A stretch of DNA of 64,000 bases from Roseibacillus sp. Its GTDB lineage: Bacteria > Verrucomicrobiota > Verrucomicrobiia > Verrucomicrobiales > Akkermansiaceae. Positions within the stretch are counted from its first letter, which is position 1. Every line of letters starts with the position of its first letter. Under the pieces are notes generated by a model, which did no database searches, was not told the origin of the DNA, and saw only the letters and a program-made list of their open reading frames with translations. Shown piece after piece: positions 38,576 to 47,839 of the stretch. The position numbers and the translations under genes are program-made. The stretch is from contig JBPOGI010000001.1 of the NCBI GenBank assembly GCA_051251855.1, positions 1,184,001 to 1,248,000 of the forward strand, read 5' to 3'.

Positions 38576-38613
38576 TTTCTCAGCCTTCTTCGCAAAGTAA
38601 TGAGCTTCAGGAT

Positions 38614-39054
38614 CTAGAGCCCCAAGGCTTTCCATCCCCCGGCCAAAACAAAAATCTGGCCCTCCGGTATCAGCTCCAACTCGCGAATCTTTTGTGAAAC
38701 AGGTTCACTCGAACCACACCCCTCCGTGGCGCAATACACAACCACCGTCTCAGCCGTCGCTAGACTCTCAAACGCCTCCGCCATCAAACTAGGAAAATCT
38801 TCCGAAGGATGGTCTGTCAACAACACCGAATTCGGATAACCATTCAGCTCCCAAAGCTCTCGCGTGCGCGCATCCACCCATACGACAGCGGGCATCTCCT
38901 CGGCATCTGCAAAGCAAATATACCCCGGTTTTAAATTCTCAGGATCACACTTCACCTCTCGCTGCGGGCCTCCCGTAAAGACCCAGGTCCCAACGGCCGC
39001 CCCCCCTGATAGAGCGACAATCGCCAGCGATTCAATGACCGTCCGCGCAATCAT
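38614..39054 (-). CDS. Membrane-anchored rhodanese-like protein
   Basis: WVDAR, VVYCATEGC loop, VLAGGW. Confidence 0.85.
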   Translation of the reverse strand: MIARTVIESLAIVALSGGAAVGTWVFTGGPQREVKCDPENLKPGYICFADAEEMPAVVWVDARTRELWELNGYPNSVLLTDHPSEDFPSLMAEAFESLATAETVVVYCATEGCGSSEPVSQKIRELELIPEGQIFVLAGGWKALGL

Positions 39055-39749
39055 TTCTTCACCGCCGGATTCATGAGACTCCCCTTCGTTACCACCGCGT
39101 AAGCCTGATAGCTCTTGTGCTTCTTGAAGGCACTATTAGTCGTAATCCGCAGAAGCCCAAAACCACGCTGGTCAGTTTCGCTAGGAGTCACCGAAAGGCG
39201 GTAGATCTTGCCCTTCTCGATTGTTTCTAACTTAAATGGAAACTTTCCCTCATTCGTCCCACTCACCTTCAAAATTTCTAGCGGATATTCATCGCTAATG
39301 GTCAGTAGAAAAGCCTGCTCTTTAGGTTCAGTCCCTTCCTCCCACTTGAGAGTTTTGGGCTCGATCTTCAATAACTCCGGCATCGTCATTCTAACCGTCA
39401 GATCGTGTCGCGCGCCATTGACCATCAAAATTGAAATCTGCTTATCAACGGTGCCTCGAAAGTTCCCCACCTTGAACAGCCCACGGACCGTTCCCTCTTC
39501 TCCCTCTTCCCACTTGAGACGACCGCCATCGCTTATTTGAGCTTCTAAGCAAGAGCATGGAGCATCGTATCGCTTGATTTCAGCCGGTCCTGAACCTGAA
39601 CTTTTAAATTTAAAGTCAGCCGTCACCGTCTCTTGGTCAGGCTCGGCTAGAACTTCGATAATAGTCTTCTCGAACTTGAGCCCACCTGCGCACGCTATCG
39701 TAGCAAGCGAGTAATAGAGGCCTAATGCGAGTAGACAATTCCTTTTCAT
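39051..39749 (-). CDS. DUF1573 Ig-like exported protein
   Basis: FKF...G..P..I......C.C pattern (APCSCL); start MKRN overlaps the upstream stop (ATGA). Confidence 0.78.
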   Translation of the reverse strand: MKRNCLLALGLYYSLATIACAGGLKFEKTIIEVLAEPDQETVTADFKFKSSGSGPAEIKRYDAPCSCLEAQISDGGRLKWEEGEEGTVRGLFKVGNFRGTVDKQISILMVNGARHDLTVRMTMPELLKIEPKTLKWEEGTEPKEQAFLLTISDEYPLEILKVSGTNEGKFPFKLETIEKGKIYRLSVTPSETDQRGFGLLRITTNSAFKKHKSYQAYAVVTKGSLMNPAVKK

Positions 39750-40237
39750 TTCTGAGCTAAAGGTAGCAGCTCGATTCCAACAATCAACCTTCCACCTCTC
39801 CACTCAGGACCCGCAATATAAAGCCACTTCCCGTTCTTCATCGGTTGCGTGGTCTTCATCACTTTACGCTTTCCCTGCCAAAGCTCCAAATCCAACTTCA
39901 CACCATCGTTCTCAGCCTCACTGTTCGGCTCGAAACTTAAGAGAATTTCGTCCGACCCCTTCATCGGTGACGCCCAATTGGTATAGCTTCGCCAGATGGG
40001 CTTGGTATCCGTTCCCAGAAGCCCATAGCTGCTAAAGTTTAAATCTTTCAAGAGCTGCATTCGAACTGAATGCCCTTTCTCTGCAGGTTTAGCAGAGGGC
40101 ACAAGTTTCGCCAAATCACCGTGAGTTCCAAATAAGAGAACAGTTCGCAACCGAGCAACCGCCTCCTTACCTGGATCCTGAGCAGCTGAGCATCCTGCGA
40201 GCAACATCCAAACGAAGGCAATGACTGAAATTCTCAT
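39746..40237 (-). CDS. Putative lipoprotein
   Basis: Lipobox LLAGC; coupled to both neighbours. Confidence 0.7.
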   Translation of the reverse strand: MRISVIAFVWMLLAGCSAAQDPGKEAVARLRTVLLFGTHGDLAKLVPSAKPAEKGHSVRMQLLKDLNFSSYGLLGTDTKPIWRSYTNWASPMKGSDEILLSFEPNSEAENDGVKLDLELWQGKRKVMKTTQPMKNGKWLYIAGPEWRGGRLIVGIELLPLAQK

Positions 40238-40849
40238 CTAGTAAACTTGAGGTGAACCTTTGGTAGAAATCAGCTGCACATCAGACGGCAACTCCCGCAC
40301 GCTCTGGCCTCCCGCCATCAAATCGTATGAGTCAGGAATTGGTTGTAAGCCATCGAGCACAATCACACTCGTCCCCGCCGCATCCGCATTGACGATGGTT
40401 GAGGTCACGCCTCCTTCTGGAGTGTAAACAAGAGGCCGGCTTTGCTCCTTAGCCACCACAAGTTGATTCTCCACTGGAGCTTTTCCTACTCGCGTGCCAG
40501 CAAGAAAGGCAACCGCCATGGCGCCCACTGCCACCGGAGCCAGCCACCACTTCAAAGCATCACGCCAAGTGCCTGATGCTTTAGAGGGCGCAGCAACTCC
40601 CTCTTCACGATCGGCATCTCGAATAGCCTGCTCCAGCTTCGTCTGGAAAAAATCGCCATAAGGAACGTCACCTGTCTGACCAAACGCGCTTTGCAATTCG
40701 TTCCTCAGCTCCGAATGCCCCTCCTTCATCGCATGCAATTCAGGTTCGGCCTCCAAGATCAGAGCCAACTCCTCTTTCTCGCCAGTAGACAACACATCGT
40801 CATCCATCCAACGCACAATTAGTTCTTCTTTACGCTCCTGATTCATCAC
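40238..40849 (-). CDS. Putative transmembrane anti-sigma factor
   Basis: RseA/RskA-like N-terminus (ELIVRWMDD..LS..E), one TM, overlaps the ECF sigma stop. Confidence 0.75.
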   Translation of the reverse strand: MMNQERKEELIVRWMDDDVLSTGEKEELALILEAEPELHAMKEGHSELRNELQSAFGQTGDVPYGDFFQTKLEQAIRDADREEGVAAPSKASGTWRDALKWWLAPVAVGAMAVAFLAGTRVGKAPVENQLVVAKEQSRPLVYTPEGGVTSTIVNADAAGTSVIVLDGLQPIPDSYDLMAGGQSVRELPSDVQLISTKGSPQVY

Positions 40850-41489
40850 TTAGCAGTCCTTGTAGTTTCTTACGTGCATAAAATAAACGGCTCATCACCG
40901 TTCCCATCGAAATTTCCATCACATCCGCGATCTCTTTATAATCCATTCCCTGAACCTCGCGCAGCATCACCACCTCTTGATGCTCTGGCGAAAGCTTGCT
41001 CATCGCATCTTCGATACGGGTTCTCAGCTCATCATTGCGCATGGCATCATCCGGCCGAGCCTCTTGAGTCGGAGTCGTCAGCGCCCCCACCGCAATCTGG
41101 CTTTCCTTCATCAAAGTGTCGTCAAATTCGCCTGCGCTTTTTAATTTTCTCTTTCTCATCCAATCGTAAACCACGTTGTGGACGATTCGATACAACCAGG
41201 TCGAAAACTTGGCGCGCGCCTCGAACTTCGGAAGCGCCTTCCAAACCTTCAGAAACACCTCTTGAGACAAATCCCAAGCATCGGCGTCGTTTTTGACCAT
41301 ATTTTGAATCATTGCATATACTCGTCCGCGATGACGGGTCACGAGATCCTCGAAAGCCCGGGAGTCGCCTCCTTGGCTACGAGCCACAAGGTCCAGATCA
41401 ATCTGGGCATCGTCACCTCCTCCTCCGGCACTATCGCCAGAGTCCTTCGCCATCACCCCTTTCGACGCTGACCTAGTGAAAAAATTCAT
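40830..41489 (-). CDS. ECF sigma-70 factor (RpoE/SigW-like)
   Basis: GDSRAFEDLV, DLSQEVFLKVW, FSTWLYRI, YKEIA....GTVMSRLFYARKKL. Start could be 41453. Confidence 0.93.
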   Translation of the reverse strand: MNFFTRSASKGVMAKDSGDSAGGGGDDAQIDLDLVARSQGGDSRAFEDLVTRHRGRVYAMIQNMVKNDADAWDLSQEVFLKVWKALPKFEARAKFSTWLYRIVHNVVYDWMRKRKLKSAGEFDDTLMKESQIAVGALTTPTQEARPDDAMRNDELRTRIEDAMSKLSPEHQEVVMLREVQGMDYKEIADVMEISMGTVMSRLFYARKKLQGLLSDESGA

Positions 41490-41508
41490 CAAAATTTAAC
41501 GAAAACGT

Positions 41509-41537
41509 AGAATGCCTAAATACCACCAAAAAGGCAA
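41509..41537 (-). promoter_or_regulatory. Candidate sigma70-type promoter of the ECF operon (TTGCCT-17-CATTCT)
   Basis: Hexamers and spacing read on the minus strand ~20 nt before the ATG. Confidence 0.4.
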
Positions 41538-41584
41538 GGCAGGGCTCGCTTCAAAAAAAATCGAAAAAAAAGTGCCTCTTCTTT

Positions 41585-41611
41585 GAACGGATCGCTTCCT
41601 GACGGGTCTAC
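41585..41611 (+). promoter_or_regulatory. Candidate ECF (sigmaE-like) promoter GAACGG-16-TCTAC
   Basis: Matches the GAAC..-N16-TCT geometry of sigmaE/AlgU promoters; two A-tracts upstream (41553-41571). Confidence 0.55.
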
Positions 41612-41617
41612 TCCCTA

Positions 41618-41736
41618 TGTAGCAAGCAACTTTGCTTGTTGCAGTCTTCATATAAAGGGTGAACACCGTAGGGGATCTGAACAACCCTCTACAAACAAAG
41701 CTGGGGAAGTCTTTCGGGACTTCCCCAGTTTGTTTT
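41618..41736 (+). ncRNA. Candidate small regulatory RNA (~120 nt, three hairpins)
   Basis: 11-bp 5' stem (41618-41643), unpaired region 41644-41667, 7-bp stem (41668-41692), terminator. G-U pairs form only on the + strand. Confidence 0.65.
41700..41736 (+). terminator. Strong intrinsic terminator (possibly bidirectional, also serving rodA)
   Basis: CTGGGGAAGTCT-TTCG-GGACTTCCCCAG followed by TTTGTTTT. Confidence 0.88.
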
Positions 41737-41763
41737 CCCCCAAAAGTCTTACGCTAAGCCTCG

Positions 41764-42960
41764 CTATCGAGCTCGTTCCTGCCGTCCATCCACCACCCCA
41801 TGCATCTCGTTGCGATGGACCCAGATACTTTGGACCAATCCCAACAAAAACATGCAGATCAGGACAAATGTTCCCGAATAGCTAATCAAAGGCAGCGGAA
41901 TTCCCGTAATCGGCATCAGTAGCACACACATCCCCACACTCTCAAAGATGTGCGCAAAAAACATCGCCACCACCCCCGAAGCCACCACCTGCCCTAAAAA
42001 ATCGCGACTATAGAAAGCCACGAAGAGCACCTGGATCAGCAACAACGCAAAAGAGGTCAGCATCAGCAGAGACCCGCGAAACCCCTGTTCCTCCGCAATC
42101 ACTGCAAAAATGTAGTCGTTGTGAGCCGTGGTCCACGGAATGTATTTTTTATCGTGAATCGAACCCCGTTCAGCTTTCGCCTTGTAGCCCATCCCCTTCC
42201 ATCCCGCTTGGCCCACCGCGAGGGAAACGTAGTACGATGCGTAGGTTTCATCACTCTTCTCCACCTTGCCATCACGCAAAAACTCCAAATACTGGTCAAT
42301 CCGCCCACTGGCACGATCGGAGACCTCCGGCAGAATCAAATAGTAAATAATCGGCAACATTCCGACCCCGGTGAGAATGATCGCGCTCAGGTAGCGGAAC
42401 GGAATTCCACCCACCAGCAGCGTCACAAATGCCACTGGCAGAAAAACAATCGCCGATCCCATGTCTCCGTTCTTCACAACGAGAACGAAAGGAACTCCAC
42501 AGACCACCGCCACAAAGGCCAGCTTCACCAGAGGTTCCCCAAAAATGCGATGAAAGCGCGGCAATTGGTCAAAAGCGGTTCCCAGTAGAATAATTCCTGC
42601 CGCCAGAACGAACGTCGTGGGCTGAAAACTAAAAGGAATCCCGGGAATCTGAAGCTGGTGAACCGCCGGCGCAGGAGCCTCCCAAATCCCAAACATAAGC
42701 ATCACCTGCAAAGTAACACCGCCCAAATACATCGGAATCGCCAGCCATTTCACCCAACGATAGTCAATAAGCGCCGTGCAAAAGTAGACCACGCTCCCCA
42801 AAAGAATAAACATCTTCTGATTGCGGGAAAAGTACTCACCTCCTTGAGGCAGGTGACGAGCGGCGCTTTCAATCGAAAAGACCCCAAACACCAAGAGCCC
42901 AAACATCACGATCACGAGGACCCAGTTCAGACCGAGGATTTTTCGAAGAAGAGGAGTCAC
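41764..42960 (-). CDS. rodA: SEDS family peptidoglycan polymerase (RodA/FtsW)
   Basis: DMGSA, AHNDYIFAVIAEEQGF.G, MPITGIPLPLISYSG. Confidence 0.88.
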   Translation of the reverse strand: MTPLLRKILGLNWVLVIVMFGLLVFGVFSIESAARHLPQGGEYFSRNQKMFILLGSVVYFCTALIDYRWVKWLAIPMYLGGVTLQVMLMFGIWEAPAPAVHQLQIPGIPFSFQPTTFVLAAGIILLGTAFDQLPRFHRIFGEPLVKLAFVAVVCGVPFVLVVKNGDMGSAIVFLPVAFVTLLVGGIPFRYLSAIILTGVGMLPIIYYLILPEVSDRASGRIDQYLEFLRDGKVEKSDETYASYYVSLAVGQAGWKGMGYKAKAERGSIHDKKYIPWTTAHNDYIFAVIAEEQGFRGSLLMLTSFALLLIQVLFVAFYSRDFLGQVVASGVVAMFFAHIFESVGMCVLLMPITGIPLPLISYSGTFVLICMFLLGLVQSIWVHRNEMHGVVDGRQERAR

Positions 42961-43065
42961 AGGATGAGTCCCAAAAAGTGCCCCCTACCTAACCTCGACA
43001 CAAGCCCCAGCCGTGGCTGCAACCGAATATTTAAAAGGAGGACCGAATTCAGTCGTCCACCATCC

Positions 43066-44112
43066 TCAAAACCACTTCGCCCAAACCTCCGACCCTCGCC
43101 CACTCTCTTCCAACTGCTTTCTCCGCCCCTCAGGCAAAAGCTCCATCTCCCTTCTCTCATATCCACGCCCCTCAAAGAACTTTGCGGCCCGGTTGGTCAG
43201 CGCAAAAAGCCCCTTCATACCTGAATTCTTCCCTTTCTCTTCGGCAGCATTCACCAGCTCCACCCCATAGTTTCTCCCCATGTGGCTTTCCTTCACATAA
43301 AGACAAGCCAGCTCCCCCAAGTCATGCCCCGAATAAGAATGCACCGCCACGCAGCCCACCACGTTGTCATCTACGGTCAAAAGCAGAAAGTCACCCAACC
43401 GAGTCGCTACCTGCTCGTAAGTTCTAGGCACCAAATGCGCGGCCCGAACCGAACGACCCATCATCGCTAACAGCTCTGGAATATCCTCCTCACGCAACGC
43501 CCTGACCTCGCGATAACTATCGGTGTGAACCATCGTCCCGACCCCTTCGTTAGAAAAAATCTCCGAAGTGAGAGCCCCCTGCAAATGCCCGTCCAAGAGA
43601 TGAACCCGCGGCACTCCGCGACGACAAATCTCTGCTGCCATCACCAGTAGCTCCGGATCCTCCCCGTTCTGAATCGTCGCCTCAGCCACACTCGGCAACC
43701 TCCCGAAGTCAGGCATATCGTTCAGCAAAACCATCAGCTTCGCCGCCGAAAGCTCTTTCGCCAAATTCCCAACCGCTGTCGCTAGCACCCGGCTCCCCCG
43801 ACCATCGACCATCGCCGCCTGCCCGCGCTTCAACAACGCGTCACAAGCCTCAACGCAACCCTCCTGTCCCAAAACTTCCTTCACGGTCTCCGCCTTAAAC
43901 TCAGACTCCACCGCCCAATTCGACAAATCACCAAGATCACCCCCCACCACGACCACCACCAGGTGAACCCCGATGCGTTGCAACGCAATCAAGTCCAGCA
44001 ATGTCTCCGCAACTGCAGACTCGGGCAAAAGCCCCTCATCAAAGACCACCACAAAGGTCTTGCCCGCAAAAAGCGGCACATATTGCAGAACTTCGCGGAC
44101 GTCACCATTCAT
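43066..44112 (-). CDS. argA: Amino-acid N-acetyltransferase (short kinase-like domain plus GNAT)
   Basis: YVPLFAGKTFVV, GVPRVHLLDG...GAL..EIFSNEGVGTM, ELACLYV, LFALT. Confidence 0.85.
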   Translation of the reverse strand: MNGDVREVLQYVPLFAGKTFVVVFDEGLLPESAVAETLLDLIALQRIGVHLVVVVVGGDLGDLSNWAVESEFKAETVKEVLGQEGCVEACDALLKRGQAAMVDGRGSRVLATAVGNLAKELSAAKLMVLLNDMPDFGRLPSVAEATIQNGEDPELLVMAAEICRRGVPRVHLLDGHLQGALTSEIFSNEGVGTMVHTDSYREVRALREEDIPELLAMMGRSVRAAHLVPRTYEQVATRLGDFLLLTVDDNVVGCVAVHSYSGHDLGELACLYVKESHMGRNYGVELVNAAEEKGKNSGMKGLFALTNRAAKFFEGRGYERREMELLPEGRRKQLEESGRGSEVWAKWF

Positions 44113-44127
44113 TGCACTCGCCTTTCA

Positions 44128-44607
44128 TCACAGGCCTAGCCCTGCTTCGCCTTCCAGAGCCTTCCTCAGCTCACCTTGGAAAGCCATCAAGTCCGCCTGC
44201 GTCGGCTGATACCCAGCAGTATCAGGGTCCAAAGAAGGTCTCCCTGCAGGATCAATCATCCAACGACCATTCTCACCATCACTGAAGGTCACCCGCCCCG
44301 AAACCATCGCGCCTGCCACCGTAATTTGGTCTACAGACACCGAAACCGCACCCGTCCCTCCAGCCTGAGGCGCGATCGAAGCATCTTCAGAGCCCTCTTC
44401 TTCAGCAGGCTTCTCTGGCTCAGGCTCCTCTTCTGTCTGAATCTCCAGCCCCAAGTCCAAAACCACAAAGCGCATATCCATGTAGGTGACGTTGCAGGAA
44501 AACTCCTCCTTCATCTTACGCTGCAAGTCCGCAAGCTGGTCTCCTTCCGCAGCCCACTGGCGCAAAGTCTCGATTTGCTCTTCGCTTAAGTCTTTCGATT
44601 GAAACAT
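44128..44607 (-). CDS. Hypothetical acidic protein
   Basis: Clean ORF co-oriented with argA; TYMDMRF, SGRVTFSDG..W.ID..GR. Confidence 0.75.
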   Translation of the reverse strand: MFQSKDLSEEQIETLRQWAAEGDQLADLQRKMKEEFSCNVTYMDMRFVVLDLGLEIQTEEEPEPEKPAEEEGSEDASIAPQAGGTGAVSVSVDQITVAGAMVSGRVTFSDGENGRWMIDPAGRPSLDPDTAGYQPTQADLMAFQGELRKALEGEAGLGL

Positions 44608-44688
44608 CTGAGGGGGTGTAAACTCGGAAAGGCTGCAAACTCAACAACCGATTGCGGAATCTCCTCTCCAGCGCCTCTCCGCAAGCGA

Positions 44689-46347
44689 CTATTTTTTCTC
44701 GGCAAGCTCGGCCTCGCGCCGCTTCTTGAAGGCATGTGAAATCTCAATCGCTTTCGCCTGGTCAGCGGCATCGTAGTCCCAAAACTCCTGCACCACCGCC
44801 TCGCACTTTGGAAAATGGCTTCCATCGTCTCCCACCTTCAACCGCAGTTCCGCGAGTTCCACCTTCAGCTGGTCACGAATCTCAGCATAGTCAGGGCTAT
44901 CGTAGACATTGTTCAGCTCCGCCGTGTCCTTCACCAGATCATAGAGTTCCCAAGCCGGAGGAGTCGCGTTCTCGCCTTCATAGTCCACTCCGTAAAAATA
45001 GACCAACTTGTGCGTCTTGGTCCGAATCGCCATCTCACCAGGATTGTCGTGGTGAGCCATATGCATCCAATAACGGTAGTAAGCAGCCTGCTTCCACCCC
45101 TCAGGCTCTTCACCTGTCTCCGCAATTTCTCGGAAGGACTTACCCTGCACCGTTTCAGGAATCTTCGCCCCCGCATAATCGAGCATCAGCGCGGGAAAAT
45201 CGACATTCTCAATAATGGCATCACGGCGAACTCCCGCCGGCATCGCCTCGGGATAGCGCATAATGAGAGGCATGCGCATCGATGGGTCATAGGCCCAGCG
45301 CTTATCCTGATAGTCGTTCTCGCCCAACCAGAATCCTTGGTCCCCTGTGTAAATAATCAGGGTATTATCGTAGAGCCCCTCCTTCTTTAAATAATCGAAG
45401 AGACGCTTCAAATTATCATCCACCCCCTTCACACAGCGGAGATACTTTTTGAGATAGGCCTGATAAGCCAACTTGGTCGTCTCCTTCTCCGAAGACTTGG
45501 CTGGGTCATAGTCCGCTGGAAACTCTTCTGGGAAAAGCGTTCCCAAATCCACCGCATAGGAACGCCTTGGATTGCGTGTCCCAATCGAGGTCCCGATATG
45601 AGGCATCAGCTCGTCTAAATAACCCCGAGTCGCCAGAGAGCCAAAGGTCTTGGGAACCTCATAGAGAGTCGCTGGCTCTGGCACCTCGACCTCAGCGAGG
45701 TAACTTTGATAGCGCTCCGCATTCTCGAACATATCGTGAGGAGCCTTGAATTGATGGCAGAGGAAAAAGGGCTTCGACGGATCACGCTTTTCCTTAAACC
45801 AAGCCAGAGTCGAGTCCGTGATGGCGTCCGAAGAATGCGCTCCCTCGTGGCTCACCAGATTTTTTCCGAACGGCTTCTCCCCCTGCACCCGAAACACAGG
45901 ATCATGATACAGGCCTTGGCCAGGGAGCACCTTGTAGTAGTCGAAGTTTGGCTCCACCTTGAGATGCCACTTTCCAATCATGGCCGTCTCATAACCCGCC
46001 GCCTTCATCTGAATCGGAAGCATTTGATTCTCGGGCAAAATCTTTCCCCATAAATCCGGCACCCCATTCACATGAGGATATTGCCCCGTAATGATACAGG
46101 CACGACTCGGCGTGCAAATGGCATTGGTGCAAAAGGCACGGTCAAAGGTCACTCCCTCGGCCGCCAAATTGTCGATCGTCGGCGTCGGATTCAGTTCCTT
46201 CAAGAGAGTCGCATAAGCTCCCACCGCTTGGGTGGTGTGATCATCCGACATAATGAACAGAATATTGGGTTTCTTTCCCTCTTCAGCAGTAGAGAAAGAG
46301 GCAAGCATCGCAAAGGCGCCCACTGCGGTAAAACTACGAATCGTCAT
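44689..46347 (-). CDS. Formylglycine-dependent (S1) sulfatase, exported
   Basis: PNILFIMSDDH, CTPSRACIITG, GKWHL, YTGDQG, DKRW. Confidence 0.95.
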   Translation of the reverse strand: MTIRSFTAVGAFAMLASFSTAEEGKKPNILFIMSDDHTTQAVGAYATLLKELNPTPTIDNLAAEGVTFDRAFCTNAICTPSRACIITGQYPHVNGVPDLWGKILPENQMLPIQMKAAGYETAMIGKWHLKVEPNFDYYKVLPGQGLYHDPVFRVQGEKPFGKNLVSHEGAHSSDAITDSTLAWFKEKRDPSKPFFLCHQFKAPHDMFENAERYQSYLAEVEVPEPATLYEVPKTFGSLATRGYLDELMPHIGTSIGTRNPRRSYAVDLGTLFPEEFPADYDPAKSSEKETTKLAYQAYLKKYLRCVKGVDDNLKRLFDYLKKEGLYDNTLIIYTGDQGFWLGENDYQDKRWAYDPSMRMPLIMRYPEAMPAGVRRDAIIENVDFPALMLDYAGAKIPETVQGKSFREIAETGEEPEGWKQAAYYRYWMHMAHHDNPGEMAIRTKTHKLVYFYGVDYEGENATPPAWELYDLVKDTAELNNVYDSPDYAEIRDQLKVELAELRLKVGDDGSHFPKCEAVVQEFWDYDAADQAKAIEISHAFKKRREAELAEKK

Positions 46348-46533
46348 GTTGAGAAGGTTATGCCCTGCCAAGGCTGCAAATTGTCCACAAAATGACCAAA
46401 ATCATGGCATAGGCCCTTTTTTTCTATCTACAGGGCTACTGCGAGCCTCCTCTTCGCCCGAGCTCACTCTGACTCCATTTCTCGATTCTATTGATAGATT
46501 TTCTCCACCTCTGAAGTAATTTCGCCCAGTTTT

Positions 46534-47835
46534 ATGTCTTTCCAAACGAACACCACCAGCCGCCGGTCCTTCCTGCGCATCGGAGGCTCCGTGCTAGCAT
46601 TGCCCTTCCTCGAAACCTTTGCAGCTCCCAAAGCAGCTGTTGCAGCTCCAGCAAAGCGCATGATCTTCCTCGGCGGCGGCTTCGGCTTCACCAATGACAC
46701 CTTCTATCCCAAAAAAGCCGGCCGTTTCGAAGAAATCGGCATGACCGAAGGCCTCTCCCCTCTGGAACGCCACAAGAACGACCTCACCATGGTCTCCAAC
46801 CTCACCAATCTCGGCGCCACCAACCCCCACGGCGGCTCCACCTCCTATCTCACCGGAGCCAACGTCGCGGGAACCCCCGGCAAGCGCTTTCACAACTCCA
46901 TCTCCTGCGACCAAATCGCCGCCCAGCATCTGGGCCAAAACACCCGCTACGCCTCCCTCGTTCTTGCCGCCAAAGAACCCGACGGTCTGCAAAATGCGGG
47001 TCACGGCAACGGCCTCTCCCTCTCCTGGGACGAATCAGGCAACCCCATCCCCGGCATCCAGCGTCCCCTCGACCTCTACCACCAACTCTTCGCCCACGCC
47101 GGCGACTCCCGGGACGAACTCGATACCCGCCTTAAGAAAAAGCAGTCCATCCTCGACCTTGTCCGCATTGACGGTTCCAGCATGAAGCGCACCCTCAGCA
47201 AGGGCGACCGCGAAAAACTCGATGAATACTTCACCGGCGTGCGCCAAGTCGAAAAAGGGCTCGAGCGCCAAGCTCAGTGGGCCGACGTCCCCAAGCCAAA
47301 AGCTCCTTTCCAAGCACCCGACGAAGGCCTCACCGGAGAAGAAGCCATTCACCTCATGTACGACATGATGATCATCGCCCTGCAAACCGGCATGACCAAC
47401 GTCATCTCTTACCGTCAGCCCGTCTGCTCCCTCCTCGCCGGCATGGGCATCACCATCAAGGCTCACTCCCTCAGTCACTACGGATTCTCCGAGCCCCGCA
47501 TTCAGGCCTCTCGCGAACGGGATAAAAAGTGCAGCGGATTGTTAGCCCACTTCCTCGACCGTCTCAAGGAAGCCAAAGACAGCGACGGCTCCCGCCTCTT
47601 CGACAACTGCATTGTCAGCTACGGCTCCAACCTGCGCAGCGGCCATCAACTCAAGAACGTTCCCGCCATCCTCTCTGGGGGCGGAGCCAAAGACATCTCT
47701 CTCGGTCGCCACCTCGCCCTCCCCAAGAAAGACACCCCCCTTGCCAACTACTGGCTCACCCTCATGCAACAAGCCGGGGTGCCAGCGGAAAAATTCAGCC
47801 ATAGCACCGGCATCCTTCCCGAACTCATTAGCTAG
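46534..47835 (+). CDS. DUF1552 protein with Tat-like signal
   Basis: SRRSFLR, LALPFLE, ISCDQIAAQHLG..TRY.SL, KLDEYFTGVRQVE. Confidence 0.9.
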   Translation: MSFQTNTTSRRSFLRIGGSVLALPFLETFAAPKAAVAAPAKRMIFLGGGFGFTNDTFYPKKAGRFEEIGMTEGLSPLERHKNDLTMVSNLTNLGATNPHGGSTSYLTGANVAGTPGKRFHNSISCDQIAAQHLGQNTRYASLVLAAKEPDGLQNAGHGNGLSLSWDESGNPIPGIQRPLDLYHQLFAHAGDSRDELDTRLKKKQSILDLVRIDGSSMKRTLSKGDREKLDEYFTGVRQVEKGLERQAQWADVPKPKAPFQAPDEGLTGEEAIHLMYDMMIIALQTGMTNVISYRQPVCSLLAGMGITIKAHSLSHYGFSEPRIQASRERDKKCSGLLAHFLDRLKEAKDSDGSRLFDNCIVSYGSNLRSGHQLKNVPAILSGGGAKDISLGRHLALPKKDTPLANYWLTLMQQAGVPAEKFSHSTGILPELIS

Positions 47836-47839
47836 TCTC

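Noticed and set aside
41496..41651. Minus-strand 51-aa ORF (MKTATSKVAC...) preceded by TGTTCACCCTTTAT, a possible uORF of the ECF gene
   Set aside because: It runs through A/T tracts and promoter-like DNA, resembles no protein family, lies just past the rodA-side hairpin, and the G-U pairs favour a + strand RNA. Kept as the main alternative to test.
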